64,000 nucleotides of DNA from Gammaproteobacteria bacterium (GTDB taxonomy: Bacteria > Pseudomonadota > Gammaproteobacteria > JBCCGL01): assembly GCA_965277715.1 (NCBI GenBank), contig OZ255836.1, positions 4,032,001 to 4,096,000 of the forward strand. Reading direction: 5' to 3'. The first letter of the stretch is position 1. The number at the start of each line of letters is the position of its first letter. Below are positions 40,138 to 49,455 of the stretch, one piece after another. A program made the translations under genes and the position numbers. Below the pieces are notes generated by a model. The model was not told the origin of the DNA. It ran no database searches and was given only the letters and a program-made list of their open reading frames with translations.

Positions 40138-41097
40138 ATGTTATTCATCACTAACCGATCACCACAGGGTTCAATCCGTACAAAAAAGGGTCGAGCATAC
40201 AAATTTGATTTGAATAAAAATTCACCATCAAATTCAGTTTATTATTGCGAACGACTGGGTAAAGACGACTATATTGAAATAGGGTCAAGTGAACTGATGT
40301 CAAAACTTAAGGAGAGTAGAGCACAGCAAATATTATTTTTTCTCCATGGTTTCTCTAATTTGCCTGAGCCGGATATATTTCCAAGAGTGGCGCAGTTACA
40401 GCGATACTTTGATTTAAAAGAACCCGATTTAGTACAGGTGGTTCCATTAATATGGCCTTGTGATAATGATTTTGGCATTGTAAAAGATTACTGGGACGAC
40501 CAGAAATCAGCAGATAAAAGTGCGTTTTCATTCGCTCGTGTTCTACAGTTATTTATGGCGTGGAGAGATAAAACACCAGAAGATGAGCCGTGTCTTAAAC
40601 GCATTAATATACTCGCTCACTCCATGGGGAATAGGGTATTTAGAGAAACGCTTTCAGTATGGAATCGATGCGATTTGGCAAACGGCGTTCCATTGCTGTT
40701 TAGAAACACCATTTTAATGGCGGCGGATATTGTTAACGAATCACTCGAAGACGGTCAAGAGGGCCTCTTGATCAGTCGTGTGTCTAGAAATGTGTCCGTA
40801 TATTATGCATCTGATGATCTTGCACTTAGGTCAAGTAAACTATCCAATTTGAAAAACAAGGTCGCTTCAAGGCGACTTGGGCACACCGGCCCTGAGGACA
40901 TGAATAAAGTTAAATCCAATGTCTATGCAATTGATTGCGACAATTTTAATAATAAATATGATAGGCCAAAAGGGCACGCTTATTTTTTGGGTGATGGGGG
41001 TGGTGAAGTTGGGCAGGTATTCGAGCATATGTTCAATACAATAAAGACAGGTAGGGTTTCTGTCGATGACAAAATAAATAGAAAACACATACTTTGA
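40138..41097 (+). CDS. Alpha/beta hydrolase (DUF900-like)
   Basis: FLHGFSN, LAHSMGNR, AADI, DDLALRSS, RLG; AT-rich. Confidence 0.8.
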   Translation: MLFITNRSPQGSIRTKKGRAYKFDLNKNSPSNSVYYCERLGKDDYIEIGSSELMSKLKESRAQQILFFLHGFSNLPEPDIFPRVAQLQRYFDLKEPDLVQVVPLIWPCDNDFGIVKDYWDDQKSADKSAFSFARVLQLFMAWRDKTPEDEPCLKRINILAHSMGNRVFRETLSVWNRCDLANGVPLLFRNTILMAADIVNESLEDGQEGLLISRVSRNVSVYYASDDLALRSSKLSNLKNKVASRRLGHTGPEDMNKVKSNVYAIDCDNFNNKYDRPKGHAYFLGDGGGEVGQVFEHMFNTIKTGRVSVDDKINRKHIL

Positions 41098-41154
41098 AGA
41101 ACGCTAACATAAATACGGTTAAAAAATACATTCACGAGCGTTATTGAAAGACAA

Positions 41155-41193
41155 CTCTCACCCCAACTCCTCTGCCTGAGGGTGAGGGGCTTT
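41155..41193. repeat. CCCTCACCCC...GAGGGTGAGGGG-type palindromic repeat
   Basis: CTCTCACCCCAACTCCTCTGCCTGAGGGTGAGGGG hairpin. Confidence 0.45.
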
Positions 41194-41319
41194 TAAGGCG
41201 CTCTCTCTGAGAGAAGGCGATAGTATTTAGTTTTGTGGTTTGGCTGTTAAACACTCCCCATCCTACGGTCTCTGGAGCGAAGAGGCAGCGTCAGACGGTT
41301 CTTTAAAGTGTTTACAACT

Positions 41320-41546
41320 GTCTTAGGCAGGAGGATATTCACGAACAGAACAAAGACGTTAGGCTATTTGTAGCAAAAGTGGGCTGTGGACTGGCTCAGG
41401 AAGATACGTTTGCAGTTACATGATTTGTTTGCCTATAGACGGGCAGGAATAGGCGAGGGTTTGTCTGATGGGAGCGGTATGAATCGAGAGGTTCACGTAC
41501 CGTTTTGCGAGGGGCTGCGGGGGGAGGTTCCCGCAGCCTACTCACC
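41320..41546 (+). mobile_element. 3' remnant of a group II intron (RmInt1/class D-like): degraded IEP tail plus domains V and VI
   Basis: DV GAGCGGTATGAATCGAGAGGTTCACGTACCGTTT (41472-41505); DVI GGGGCTGCGGG...CCCGCAGCCTACTCACC; upstream WAVDWLRKIRLQLHDLFAY resembles an IEP C-terminus. Confidence 0.85.
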
Positions 41547-41580
41547 TGCGGGTTCGGTGCGGACACCGAATTTCGATACA

Positions 41581-41625
41581 TAATCCTAAATTCCGCAGTA
41601 GATTCAACTGAGGAATTTAGGATAA
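41581..41625. repeat. CCTAAATTCCGCAG repeat family, compact palindrome
   Basis: TCCTAAATTCCGCAGTAGATTCAACTGAGGAATTTAGGA. Confidence 0.8.
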
Positions 41626-41674
41626 TTACCATCTGAACCATTAACCCCTTTACCTTTAATAACATCCGGGTATA

Positions 41675-42553
41675 TTGGCAAGTATGAATGACAACATCGC
41701 GCACCTACCGGAATCCAAACAGGACGAGCTAAGACGTATTGCCGAAGTAGTGCGCAAAGAATGCGATAACGTGGAAATGGTTGTTCTATTTGGCTCCTAT
41801 GCGCGTGGCGACTGGAAGGACGGCCCGCACGAACAGGGTCGGGGCCGAATGCTTATTCATAAAAAAAGTGACTACGATATTCTTGCTATTACCCGCAACG
41901 AGTACATTGCCAAAGATGTCACGCTTTGGCACAAGATCAAAGATGAATGCACCAAGCTGAACGTCAGCGCCTATGTTCGCATTCTCGCCCGTGATATTGA
42001 GTTTATTAATTACAAGCTTCATCAGGGACAGTACTTTTTTACCGAGATCATACAACAGGGTATCGCGCTTTATGACAGTGGAAATGTAGAGCTGGATGAA
42101 AAGCGACCGCTTGACCCTGCTGAAGAAAAGCGGATCATTCAAGCGGATTTGGATGAGGCTTTTTCAGCCGCTAAAGAATTTTATGAAGGCTGCGAATGGA
42201 ATATGACAAAAGAGTACTTCAAGAGAGCTGCTTTCAATCTTCATCAGGCGTGTGAACATGCCTACAAAACTATTCTGCTGATTTTTGCAGGAGAAAGCCC
42301 ACAAGAACACCATCTGAATGTTTTGGGCGATATGGCGGCAGACTACTGCCCAGATTTAGTTGGTGTAATACCCCGTGAAACCCCCGAACAAAAAGCGCTG
42401 TTTGAATTGTTGGACTATGCGTATATTGGTGCTCGTTATGATCGGAGTTATAAAATTACCCAAGAGCAGTTGGCAGTTTTGATTCCCTGTGTGAAAAAAC
42501 TGCATGAAGTGGTCGAGAAATGTAGTAGTGAGCGTATGGCGGGTTTTTGTTGA
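41675..42553 (+). CDS. Fused nucleotidyltransferase (MNT)-HEPN domain protein
   Basis: LFGSYARGDW...SDYDIL Pol-beta motif; AAFNLHQACE...HHL...AYIGARY HEPN. Confidence 0.88.
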   Translation: MASMNDNIAHLPESKQDELRRIAEVVRKECDNVEMVVLFGSYARGDWKDGPHEQGRGRMLIHKKSDYDILAITRNEYIAKDVTLWHKIKDECTKLNVSAYVRILARDIEFINYKLHQGQYFFTEIIQQGIALYDSGNVELDEKRPLDPAEEKRIIQADLDEAFSAAKEFYEGCEWNMTKEYFKRAAFNLHQACEHAYKTILLIFAGESPQEHHLNVLGDMAADYCPDLVGVIPRETPEQKALFELLDYAYIGARYDRSYKITQEQLAVLIPCVKKLHEVVEKCSSERMAGFC

Positions 42554-42574
42554 TATATTGTCGATTGCATTTAT

Positions 42575-43294
42575 TTAATCTTTCAGCCAATCCGCATATG
42601 CCTCGACATCAATCATTGGTACCGTCCCGGCCATTTGTAATTGGGAGATCAGGCGAAATAGAAAACCCGTAGCTGCTGTTCTATCAGTATTGATCTGATA
42701 TTTATCTGTTTTTTGATTCAAATAAAAAAAACCGTGTGAAGCAATACAGCCTAAATCAAGGTGTCCGCCCTCACTAGAACTGAGCGATTTGTCAAAGGAG
42801 TCACCGAATGGCGGTTTCCACTCAGATTCAAAAGTCAGCATCCCACCCAAGATGTGGAACGGTTTTTTTGCCGGATATTTACCTCCAGCGTGTGGGATGG
42901 GTAAACTTGTTCGCTTCAGCCTACGAACGCTTGCAATTTTTTCCCGAGAATAAGCGACGAGGCTTGCATTCATTGTCTGCTTGGCTTCAAAAACACCGTA
43001 TACACTCTCAGCAGGGATGACCGTTGAGCCTTTGAATTTTTGAATAAATGGTGAGTATTGGCGATCAAAGATCACGACATCTATCTGATCGCTAAAGGTT
43101 CCCTCGCTATCTACAACGTGAGCTTTCTTTGCGTGATACCTAGCCGGAAGGTATTCCTGAAGCAACTCAAGCCAGACGCCTTCACTAGCATCTCCTTTCT
43201 CTGAAGGATGACCAATGCCCCTAGCTCGACACAACTGCCCCTGAATGTCGCTGTGCAGATGACCCAAGATTGTTTTGAGATTCCACTCTGTCAT
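42575..43294 (-). CDS. nucC: NucC cyclic-triadenylate-activated endonuclease (CBASS/type III CRISPR effector)
   Basis: KGDASEGVW, YLPARY, SDQIDVVIFDRQYSPF, PAESVYGVFEAKQ, SVRRLKRTSLPIPHAGG and GTVPMID closely match NucC as recalled. Confidence 0.88.
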   Translation of the reverse strand: MTEWNLKTILGHLHSDIQGQLCRARGIGHPSEKGDASEGVWLELLQEYLPARYHAKKAHVVDSEGTFSDQIDVVIFDRQYSPFIQKFKGSTVIPAESVYGVFEAKQTMNASLVAYSREKIASVRRLKRTSLPIPHAGGKYPAKKPFHILGGMLTFESEWKPPFGDSFDKSLSSSEGGHLDLGCIASHGFFYLNQKTDKYQINTDRTAATGFLFRLISQLQMAGTVPMIDVEAYADWLKD

Positions 43295-43586
43295 ACTGGC
43301 ATGTCCTCTATTTTCTTTTCAATACGTATGGGTTGCGGGCTAGTAAATATCTAAATGGGGTGTGAAGTATGAAATCCCACTCAAATGCTACCACCGTCAG
43401 CGAAAATGGGAAGCATGACATTTTACCTAATAAGACCTAAATAATGGGCTTATTTTAGCTTGTTTTGACCGGCTCTTTCCATAATCACTGTACGCCAGTA
43501 TCAACAGGGATAGCTGTCGAGTCAGGTACGTTTTTGCACATGGCTTAGCGCCAATCCGGCCAACAGTGCCAGGCCCATCATCCTCA

Positions 43587-45341
43587 TTAATCCACATCAC
43601 TGGTGACGCGAATCACTTCGTCGATGGTGGTGACGCCCTGCTGTGCCATGTGCAGGGCACGACGCGACAGGTTGGTGTAGTCCTGCTGTTGTCCGATGGC
43701 GTGGGTGAACCTGCGCAGGTCATCGTTGCGCAGCGCGACTTTGGCGTCGTGGCCGAGGATTAACAGTTCGTAGGTGCCGGTTCGACCGTCGAATCCGCTA
43801 TTGTTACAGCGTGGGCAACCGTCGCCACGAAAAAACGACAGGGTGTTGCTGTCCAGATCGGGGAACAGGGTTTCCAGCCACACGTGCTGGGCATCCTCAA
43901 TGCTGTGCGGTACTCGGCACTTTTCACAAATGCGGCGCACCAGGCGCTGCGCCAGAATACCGGAGAGCGAGGTCGCCAGCAGGTATCCTTTGGCGCCAAT
44001 GTCGATCAGGCGGGCGATGGTACTGGCGGCACTGTTGGTGTGCAGGGTGGACATCACCAGGTGCCCGGTGATCGATGCGCGCACGCCTATCTCGGCAGTT
44101 TCCAGGTCGTGCATTTCACCGATCAGGAGCACATCCGGGTCCTGGCGTAGCGCGGTACGCAGCACCCGTGAAAATGTCAGGCCAATTTTTTCGTTGATCT
44201 GCACCTGATTGATCCGCGCCATTTGGTTTTCGATGGGATCTTCGACAGTAATGATTTTTCGATCCGGTGTGTTCAATTCCTGTAGGCAGGAATACAGGGT
44301 GGTGGTTTTACCGCTGCCCGTTGGCCCGGTGACCAATATCAGGCCGTGGGGTTGATTGATCAGACGGCGGAGTTTTTTGATCATACCCGTGGGTATGCCG
44401 AGCTGATCCAGCGTCAGTTGCCCGGCGGTTTGGTCGAGCAGCCGCATGACCACTGATTCACCGTGCTGCACGGGCATGGTTGAGAGCCGCACATCGAGGT
44501 TGTGGCGTTTTACTTTGATATGGAAACGGCCATCCTGTGGCAGGCGCTTTTCTGCAATATCCAGTTGCGCGAGGATTTTCAGGCGTTGTACCAGCGCCGG
44601 GGCAATGCGTGTTTCACTGACAATGTGTTCATTCAGTATGCCATCGACGCGTTGGCGTAGGCGCAATACCTGCTCGTCTGGCTCGATATGAATATCGGAG
44701 GCGCCCGCGTGTACGGCGTCTTCAAACATGGATTGCAGCAGTCGGAATACCGGGGTTTCAGAGGTTTTGGCACTGCGTATCAGCTCGTCGAGGTCGAGCT
44801 TGATACCACTGGCAGATAACTGCTCGTCGAGTGCTTCAGCGAGGCTGTCGATTTCCTCTGTGCGCCGGTAAACGCTGTCGATACTGTGCAAAACATCGGT
44901 TTCGCGCACCACTGCCTGGTGCACACGGCGCTTTAGCTGGCGGCTGATTTCATCAAAGGCGTACAGGTTGGTGGGGTCGGCCATGCCCACCAGCGCCTGT
45001 GTGTCATCCATCTCCAGCACCAGGGCGCGGAAGCGGCGCGCCGTGCTCTCGGGCAGTTTTTTGACGGTTCCGGTATCGAGCTTGTAATCGACCAGTTCTA
45101 TAAACGGTATTTTGAGCTGCTGCGAGAGAAAATTGAGCAGATGGGTTTCCTGGATAATACCCAGTTCGATCAGTGTGTTACCGAGTTTGTTGCCGGTTTT
45201 TTCCTGCTCGACGAGGGCGCTTTGCAGTTGTGTCTGTGAAATGATTTCGTTCTGCACCAGCATATCGCCAAGGCGCAGTTTCTTTGCCAGTGGGGCTGTT
45301 TTTCCGTGGGTAATTAAACCGGGCGTTATTTCAGAGGTCAT
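43587..45341 (-). CDS. mshE: GspE/PilB-family ATPase with MshEN c-di-GMP-binding N-terminus (MshE-like)
   Basis: RLGDMLV...QLQSAL...KLGNTLIELG; GPTGSGKTTT; LRQDPD; TGHLVMSTLHTN; CxxC zinc motifs. Confidence 0.8.
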   Translation of the reverse strand: MTSEITPGLITHGKTAPLAKKLRLGDMLVQNEIISQTQLQSALVEQEKTGNKLGNTLIELGIIQETHLLNFLSQQLKIPFIELVDYKLDTGTVKKLPESTARRFRALVLEMDDTQALVGMADPTNLYAFDEISRQLKRRVHQAVVRETDVLHSIDSVYRRTEEIDSLAEALDEQLSASGIKLDLDELIRSAKTSETPVFRLLQSMFEDAVHAGASDIHIEPDEQVLRLRQRVDGILNEHIVSETRIAPALVQRLKILAQLDIAEKRLPQDGRFHIKVKRHNLDVRLSTMPVQHGESVVMRLLDQTAGQLTLDQLGIPTGMIKKLRRLINQPHGLILVTGPTGSGKTTTLYSCLQELNTPDRKIITVEDPIENQMARINQVQINEKIGLTFSRVLRTALRQDPDVLLIGEMHDLETAEIGVRASITGHLVMSTLHTNSAASTIARLIDIGAKGYLLATSLSGILAQRLVRRICEKCRVPHSIEDAQHVWLETLFPDLDSNTLSFFRGDGCPRCNNSGFDGRTGTYELLILGHDAKVALRNDDLRRFTHAIGQQQDYTNLSRRALHMAQQGVTTIDEVIRVTSDVD

Positions 45342-45344
45342 GGC

Positions 45345-45705
45345 GTTATGCTTTTGATCGTGGTGTTTATGGCGTCTACACGCCGCTGTGCGTGGCGGCG
45401 TAATTCAACCGACAGGTAAGGGGTGCTGAATACTGTTGCTGTATCTGGGATCACTGCCAGCGCTGCCGGTAGGCGAGGTGTCTGCGGTATTGTGCCCGGT
45501 ATTGTGCCTGTCCCGACAAAGTAGTCCCGACAAAGTATTTTGCATCGTCGAATACCTGTTGGGCCGGTTTATCCGGGGCCATACTGAGGCAATGCGCTTC
45601 GAGCAATTGGGGTTGCGCGTTTTTGCCGTGCTCGATCACGACCGTCAGCGCGTTGTCCTGAATACTCAAGCCAACCTGAAGTGTGTTGTTGCGCCGTTTA
45701 AACAA
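45345..45705 (-). pseudogene. Deletion scar fusing the 5' end of an MshI-like gene to the 3' end of an MshN-like TPR gene
   Basis: MFKRRNNTLQVGLSIQDNALTVV... resembles an MshI start; a second frame just before mshE reads ...YLSVELRRHAQRRVDAI, like an MshN end. Inferred largely from gene order. Confidence 0.4.
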
Positions 45706-46040
45706 TGTTGTCGTCCAGAAAATTATCGATAAGCCTACTGATTATCTATAACGGCCATCGCGGTAGTAGGTTTAACCTATTTTTCAGGTCTGGTCGCTCG
45801 TCTAACAAGACGTGACTGAAGATCGATAGATTCTGTGTTTGTCTGCATGAAGAGAATATGCCGTGAAATTCCTTGATCAAAAATTGTGCCAGGTGCGTCA
45901 TTGTTCGGGGTGTGCGGGGAATCGCTATTGGAGGCTGCGCAGAGCAGATAAGCACGTGTCTACGGCATGGCTGTTAGGTCAGATTGGATTAGGCTACGTT
46001 AGGGTAGGTCGGGTGAGATTTAAGCCGGGTGAGGTTTAAA

Positions 46041-46943
46041 CTAGGCCAAATCGGCCTCGGTTTTGTAATCGAGTAAAAACTGGAGGAAGGTATTGGCTAC
46101 CCGCGACAGCTGTTTGCCCTTCATATAACCGACATACCAGCGCCGCAATAGCGGGAAAGCCTCAACATCAAGAGTGATAAGCTGGCCCGTTTTAAGTTCG
46201 GTGTGCAAATTATTGGTAGACAGAATAGACAGGCCCAGCCCTGCCATTGAGCCTTGCTTGATCGCCTCGGTACTGCCCAGCTCCATATAGGGCTCTACAC
46301 TGAGTTGGTGTTCGGTGAAGATACGCGTGACTGCCAGGCGCGTTCCCGAGCCTTGTTCGCGCATCAGCAAACGCTCTTTGGTGATACGCCGCAAGGGGAT
46401 ATTTTTTTCACTGGCCAATGGGTGTTGTGGGTTGGCGACTACTACCAGTGGGTTATCCATAAAAGGGTAGGCTTGCATTTCCATCGAATCGGGGATTTTT
46501 CCCATAATCACCAGGTCATCGCTGTTGTCGTTGAGCCGTTCGATGAGCTTGGCGCGGTTGACGACCACCATACTCGGCTCGACTTGTGGGTACGCCTGGA
46601 CAAAACGGCCCAGCAGATGCGGCATAAAGTGCTCGGCGGTGGTGACGACAGACAAGCGCAATTTGCCCTTGATAGAACCCTGTAACTCACCAATCGCTGC
46701 ACTCAGGTGATCGATGCGTTCGAGTATGTCGATACAGGCGGCGTGCATTTCTTTACCGGCATCGGTAAGGTAGTTACGCTTGCCGATTTTTTCAAATAAT
46801 GGCAGGCCAATATTATCTTCCAGGCGTTTAACCTGAATGGAGATAGCGGGCTGTGTGAGGTGCATCTCCCTGGCGGCACGGGTAAAACTGGCGTGCCGGG
46901 CCACCGCGTCGAATACTTTCATTTGTTGAAGGGTGAGGTGCAT
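46041..46943 (-). CDS. cbbR: LysR-family regulator, CbbR-like
   Basis: MHLTLQQMKVFDAVARHASFTRAAREMHLTQPAIS HTH; VVTTAEHF, REQGSGTR and STEAIKQ are typical of the CbbR subfamily; divergent from rpe. Confidence 0.7.
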   Translation of the reverse strand: MHLTLQQMKVFDAVARHASFTRAAREMHLTQPAISIQVKRLEDNIGLPLFEKIGKRNYLTDAGKEMHAACIDILERIDHLSAAIGELQGSIKGKLRLSVVTTAEHFMPHLLGRFVQAYPQVEPSMVVVNRAKLIERLNDNSDDLVIMGKIPDSMEMQAYPFMDNPLVVVANPQHPLASEKNIPLRRITKERLLMREQGSGTRLAVTRIFTEHQLSVEPYMELGSTEAIKQGSMAGLGLSILSTNNLHTELKTGQLITLDVEAFPLLRRWYVGYMKGKQLSRVANTFLQFLLDYKTEADLA

Positions 46944-47053
46944 GGTTTAAAATTAACATAATTTTATTAGCTTTATAAAATTTATTATTTTTGTTTATGA
47001 TAAGTTTGCCCAGAACGCCTATTTACTTACCGTCAACGATGAGAAACACCTGT
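46944..47053. promoter_or_regulatory. AT-rich divergent promoter with probable LysR boxes
   Basis: ATAATTTTATTAGCTTTATAAAATTTATTAT run of ATAA/TTAT half sites between the LysR gene and rpe. Confidence 0.4.
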
Positions 47054-47734
47054 ATGAATAAAGACGTGATCGCGCCCTCAATCCTCGCCGCTAACTTTGC
47101 CCGCCTGGGTGAAGAGGTCGACAACGTACTCGCCTCTGGCGCTGATATGGTGCACTTTGATGTGATGGATAATCACTATGTACCTAACCTCACGATTGGC
47201 CCGCTGGTGTGTGAGGCCTTGCGTAAACACGGTGTACAGGCACCTATCGATGTTCATTTAATGGTCAAGCCGGTTGACCGTATCATCCCCGATTTTGCCA
47301 AAGCAGGTGCCAGCTATATCACCTTTCACCCGGAGGCCAGCGAGCATATCGACCGCAGTCTACAACTGATCCGTGAGTGCGGTTGTAAATCGGGGCTGGT
47401 ATTCAACCCCGCCACATCACTGGATTATCTGGATTACGTACTCGATAAAGTGGATATGGTGTTATTGATGTCGGTTAACCCCGGATTTGGCGGGCAGCAG
47501 TTTATACCCTCGACGCTGGACAAACTGCGGCGGGTGCGCAAGATCATCGACGCCAGTGACCACCCGATTCGTCTTGAAGTGGACGGTGGTGTGAAGATCG
47601 ATAACATCGCTGAAATAGCCGCAGCGGGGGTGGATACGTTTGTCGCCGGTTCGGCGGTCTTTGGTGCTGGGCGAGATGCGGATCCCCATCGCTACGATAC
47701 GGTTATTGGGCAGTTTCGGGAACAGTTGGGGTAG
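47054..47734 (+). CDS. rpe: Ribulose-phosphate 3-epimerase
   Basis: [47 protein letters not shown]. Confidence 0.95.
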   Translation: MNKDVIAPSILAANFARLGEEVDNVLASGADMVHFDVMDNHYVPNLTIGPLVCEALRKHGVQAPIDVHLMVKPVDRIIPDFAKAGASYITFHPEASEHIDRSLQLIRECGCKSGLVFNPATSLDYLDYVLDKVDMVLLMSVNPGFGGQQFIPSTLDKLRRVRKIIDASDHPIRLEVDGGVKIDNIAEIAAAGVDTFVAGSAVFGAGRDADPHRYDTVIGQFREQLG

Positions 47735-47906
47735 CTTGGTGCTGGTAGGGGAGGAATAGCGTGAGCGGGTGCTTATATCAGTGGTTCGGTTCGTGTACCC
47801 TGATTTTCTCAAACAACCAGTTCCTGAATTTTTGCAACTGTCGGTTTGATCGTATGCATGTCTTACGCCGTGCCATTCAATCATAGTCGAAAAGATAAAT
47901 TGACAA

Positions 47907-48554
47907 ATGCACAACGTCTTACAATTTCAAGAAGACATACTGAAGGGTGAAAGTGCCGCTTGGGAGCATTCAATATCAGACAAGGGACAGGTTTATACCC
48001 GCCCGGAAGTTGTCGAGTTCATGCTTACCGCATTGGGTTTGAACACATGCGATGATTTTAAAAATACCCGTATTCTTGAACCATCGTGTGGTGAAGGTGA
48101 GTTTGTCGTCGCCATTGTAGACAGGCTTGTCAACCTTCCGAAAAACCGTCCTACTGTTAAACAACTTGGCGGTAAGCTGCTCGCGATAGACCTTGTGGCA
48201 AGCAGCCTTGAAATAACCAAGAAGAAGGTGGCCACATTACTTGAAACAAGAGGTTATAGTACTATTGAAGTAACCTTATTGCTGAATCAATGGTTTCTAT
48301 CGACTGACTTTCTACTTGCAGATATAACACCGGGTTTTACACATGTTATTGGTAACCCTCCGTATATCAGGGTTGAAAATATTCCTAAAAGTCTTTTAAA
48401 CGAATATAGAAGACAGTTTGCGACAATGACTGATCGTGCTGATTTGTATATTCCATTTTATGAAAAGTGCCTTTCACTGTTAAAAGATAATGGAAGACTC
48501 TCATTTATCTGTACAGATCGCTGGACAAAAAACACCTATGGTAAGAGATGTTAA
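47907..48554 (+). pseudogene. Truncated N6-adenine DNA methyltransferase (Eco57I/TaqI-like)
   Basis: GQVYTR, LEPSCGEGEF, IGNPPY, DLYIPF; ends abruptly after KNTYGK with no target-recognition region or partner REase. Confidence 0.8.
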
Positions 48555-48622
48555 GGGAGATTTTCCAGTTTCGCTGCACCCCCGGCTGCGCTTCAAGTGG
48601 GGCTGATTACAAGGCGTGAGGC
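48550..48622 (+). other. Degenerate attC-like site
   Basis: Imperfect hairpin (CACCCCCGGCTGCGCTTCAAGTGGGGCTG) ending AAGGC-GTGAGGC, one mismatch from the GTTAGGC core. Confidence 0.4.
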
Positions 48623-48646
48623 ATAATAAACACAAGAGGAAAAACC

Positions 48647-49075
48647 ATGATTGAAATTATTGCAACTTTATGCGCCGGTACTTTTTTCGGTGCCGCCGTA
48701 TATATAAACCTTGCTCAACATCCGGCCACGTTGGAAACGGGAGGTGAATTCGCGGGTAAATTTTTTCCACCAATGTACGCCAAAGCGTCTGTATTACAAA
48801 TTGCTCTTGCACTTTGTGGTACAGCTCTAGGTGTCATTTCCTGGTTTCTTTCTGATGATACATACTGGCTTATCGGTGCTGTTTTTCTTGTGTCAGTTGT
48901 TCCGATTACACTACTCTTTATCAAACAAATAAACGATCAGCTACTACACCCTAAGCACCAACTTAAACCGGAAGAGGTAATCGCTTTACTTGCGCAGTGG
49001 AACCCTAGGCATTGGGTTAGAACAGGCGTTAGTCTTGTCGCTTTTGTTTGTTATCTTTTAGCCGTTGCAGGGTGA
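48647..49075 (+). CDS. DUF1772/anthrone oxygenase-like membrane protein; probable gene cassette
   Basis: FFGAAVYINLAQHPA, four TM helices, WNPRHWVRT. Confidence 0.75.
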   Translation: MIEIIATLCAGTFFGAAVYINLAQHPATLETGGEFAGKFFPPMYAKASVLQIALALCGTALGVISWFLSDDTYWLIGAVFLVSVVPITLLFIKQINDQLLHPKHQLKPEEVIALLAQWNPRHWVRTGVSLVAFVCYLLAVAG

Positions 49076-49161
49076 GCCGTACCAAGCAGGACTATTAAAT
49101 TTTCTACCGTTGATCGCCGGGCGCCCAACTACTGCGCTCGCCGTTTATGGCAGCGTTAGGC
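49076..49161 (+). other. attC-like site
   Basis: Starts right after the stop codon and ends GGCAGC-GTTAGGC (GTTRRRY core); inverse core degenerate. Confidence 0.5.
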
Positions 49162-49455
49162 AAATATAGAGAACCATGCCATAACATAATGTATACCCGT
49201 GCTATTGTTGTGAGAGAAACAGGTATCAGGCATATTTCATTGTATAAAAAGAACTTATACGAGTAGGAAAAAAATCGGGTGGACGATTTTTCATAGCAAT
49301 GCCCTGCTGGATACGGTTTAGATATGATCGTTTCTTTTTTGTGGCATTTTTAACATGATAATTATGACGGGCTGTAAGGTGACACACGGCTTGAAAGTTA
49401 TTAGTGGTCAAGGCACACTGGTAAATTCAAAATAACTTCACCACTCGGGGGCTTT

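Noticed and set aside
41386-41583. 65-aa ORF as a real gene
   Set aside because: It runs through intron domains V-VI; only its start reflects a degraded IEP tail.
41575-43294. Complete CBASS operon
   Set aside because: No CD-NTase-like gene; the neighbouring NTase is a minimal MNT fused to HEPN on the opposite strand.
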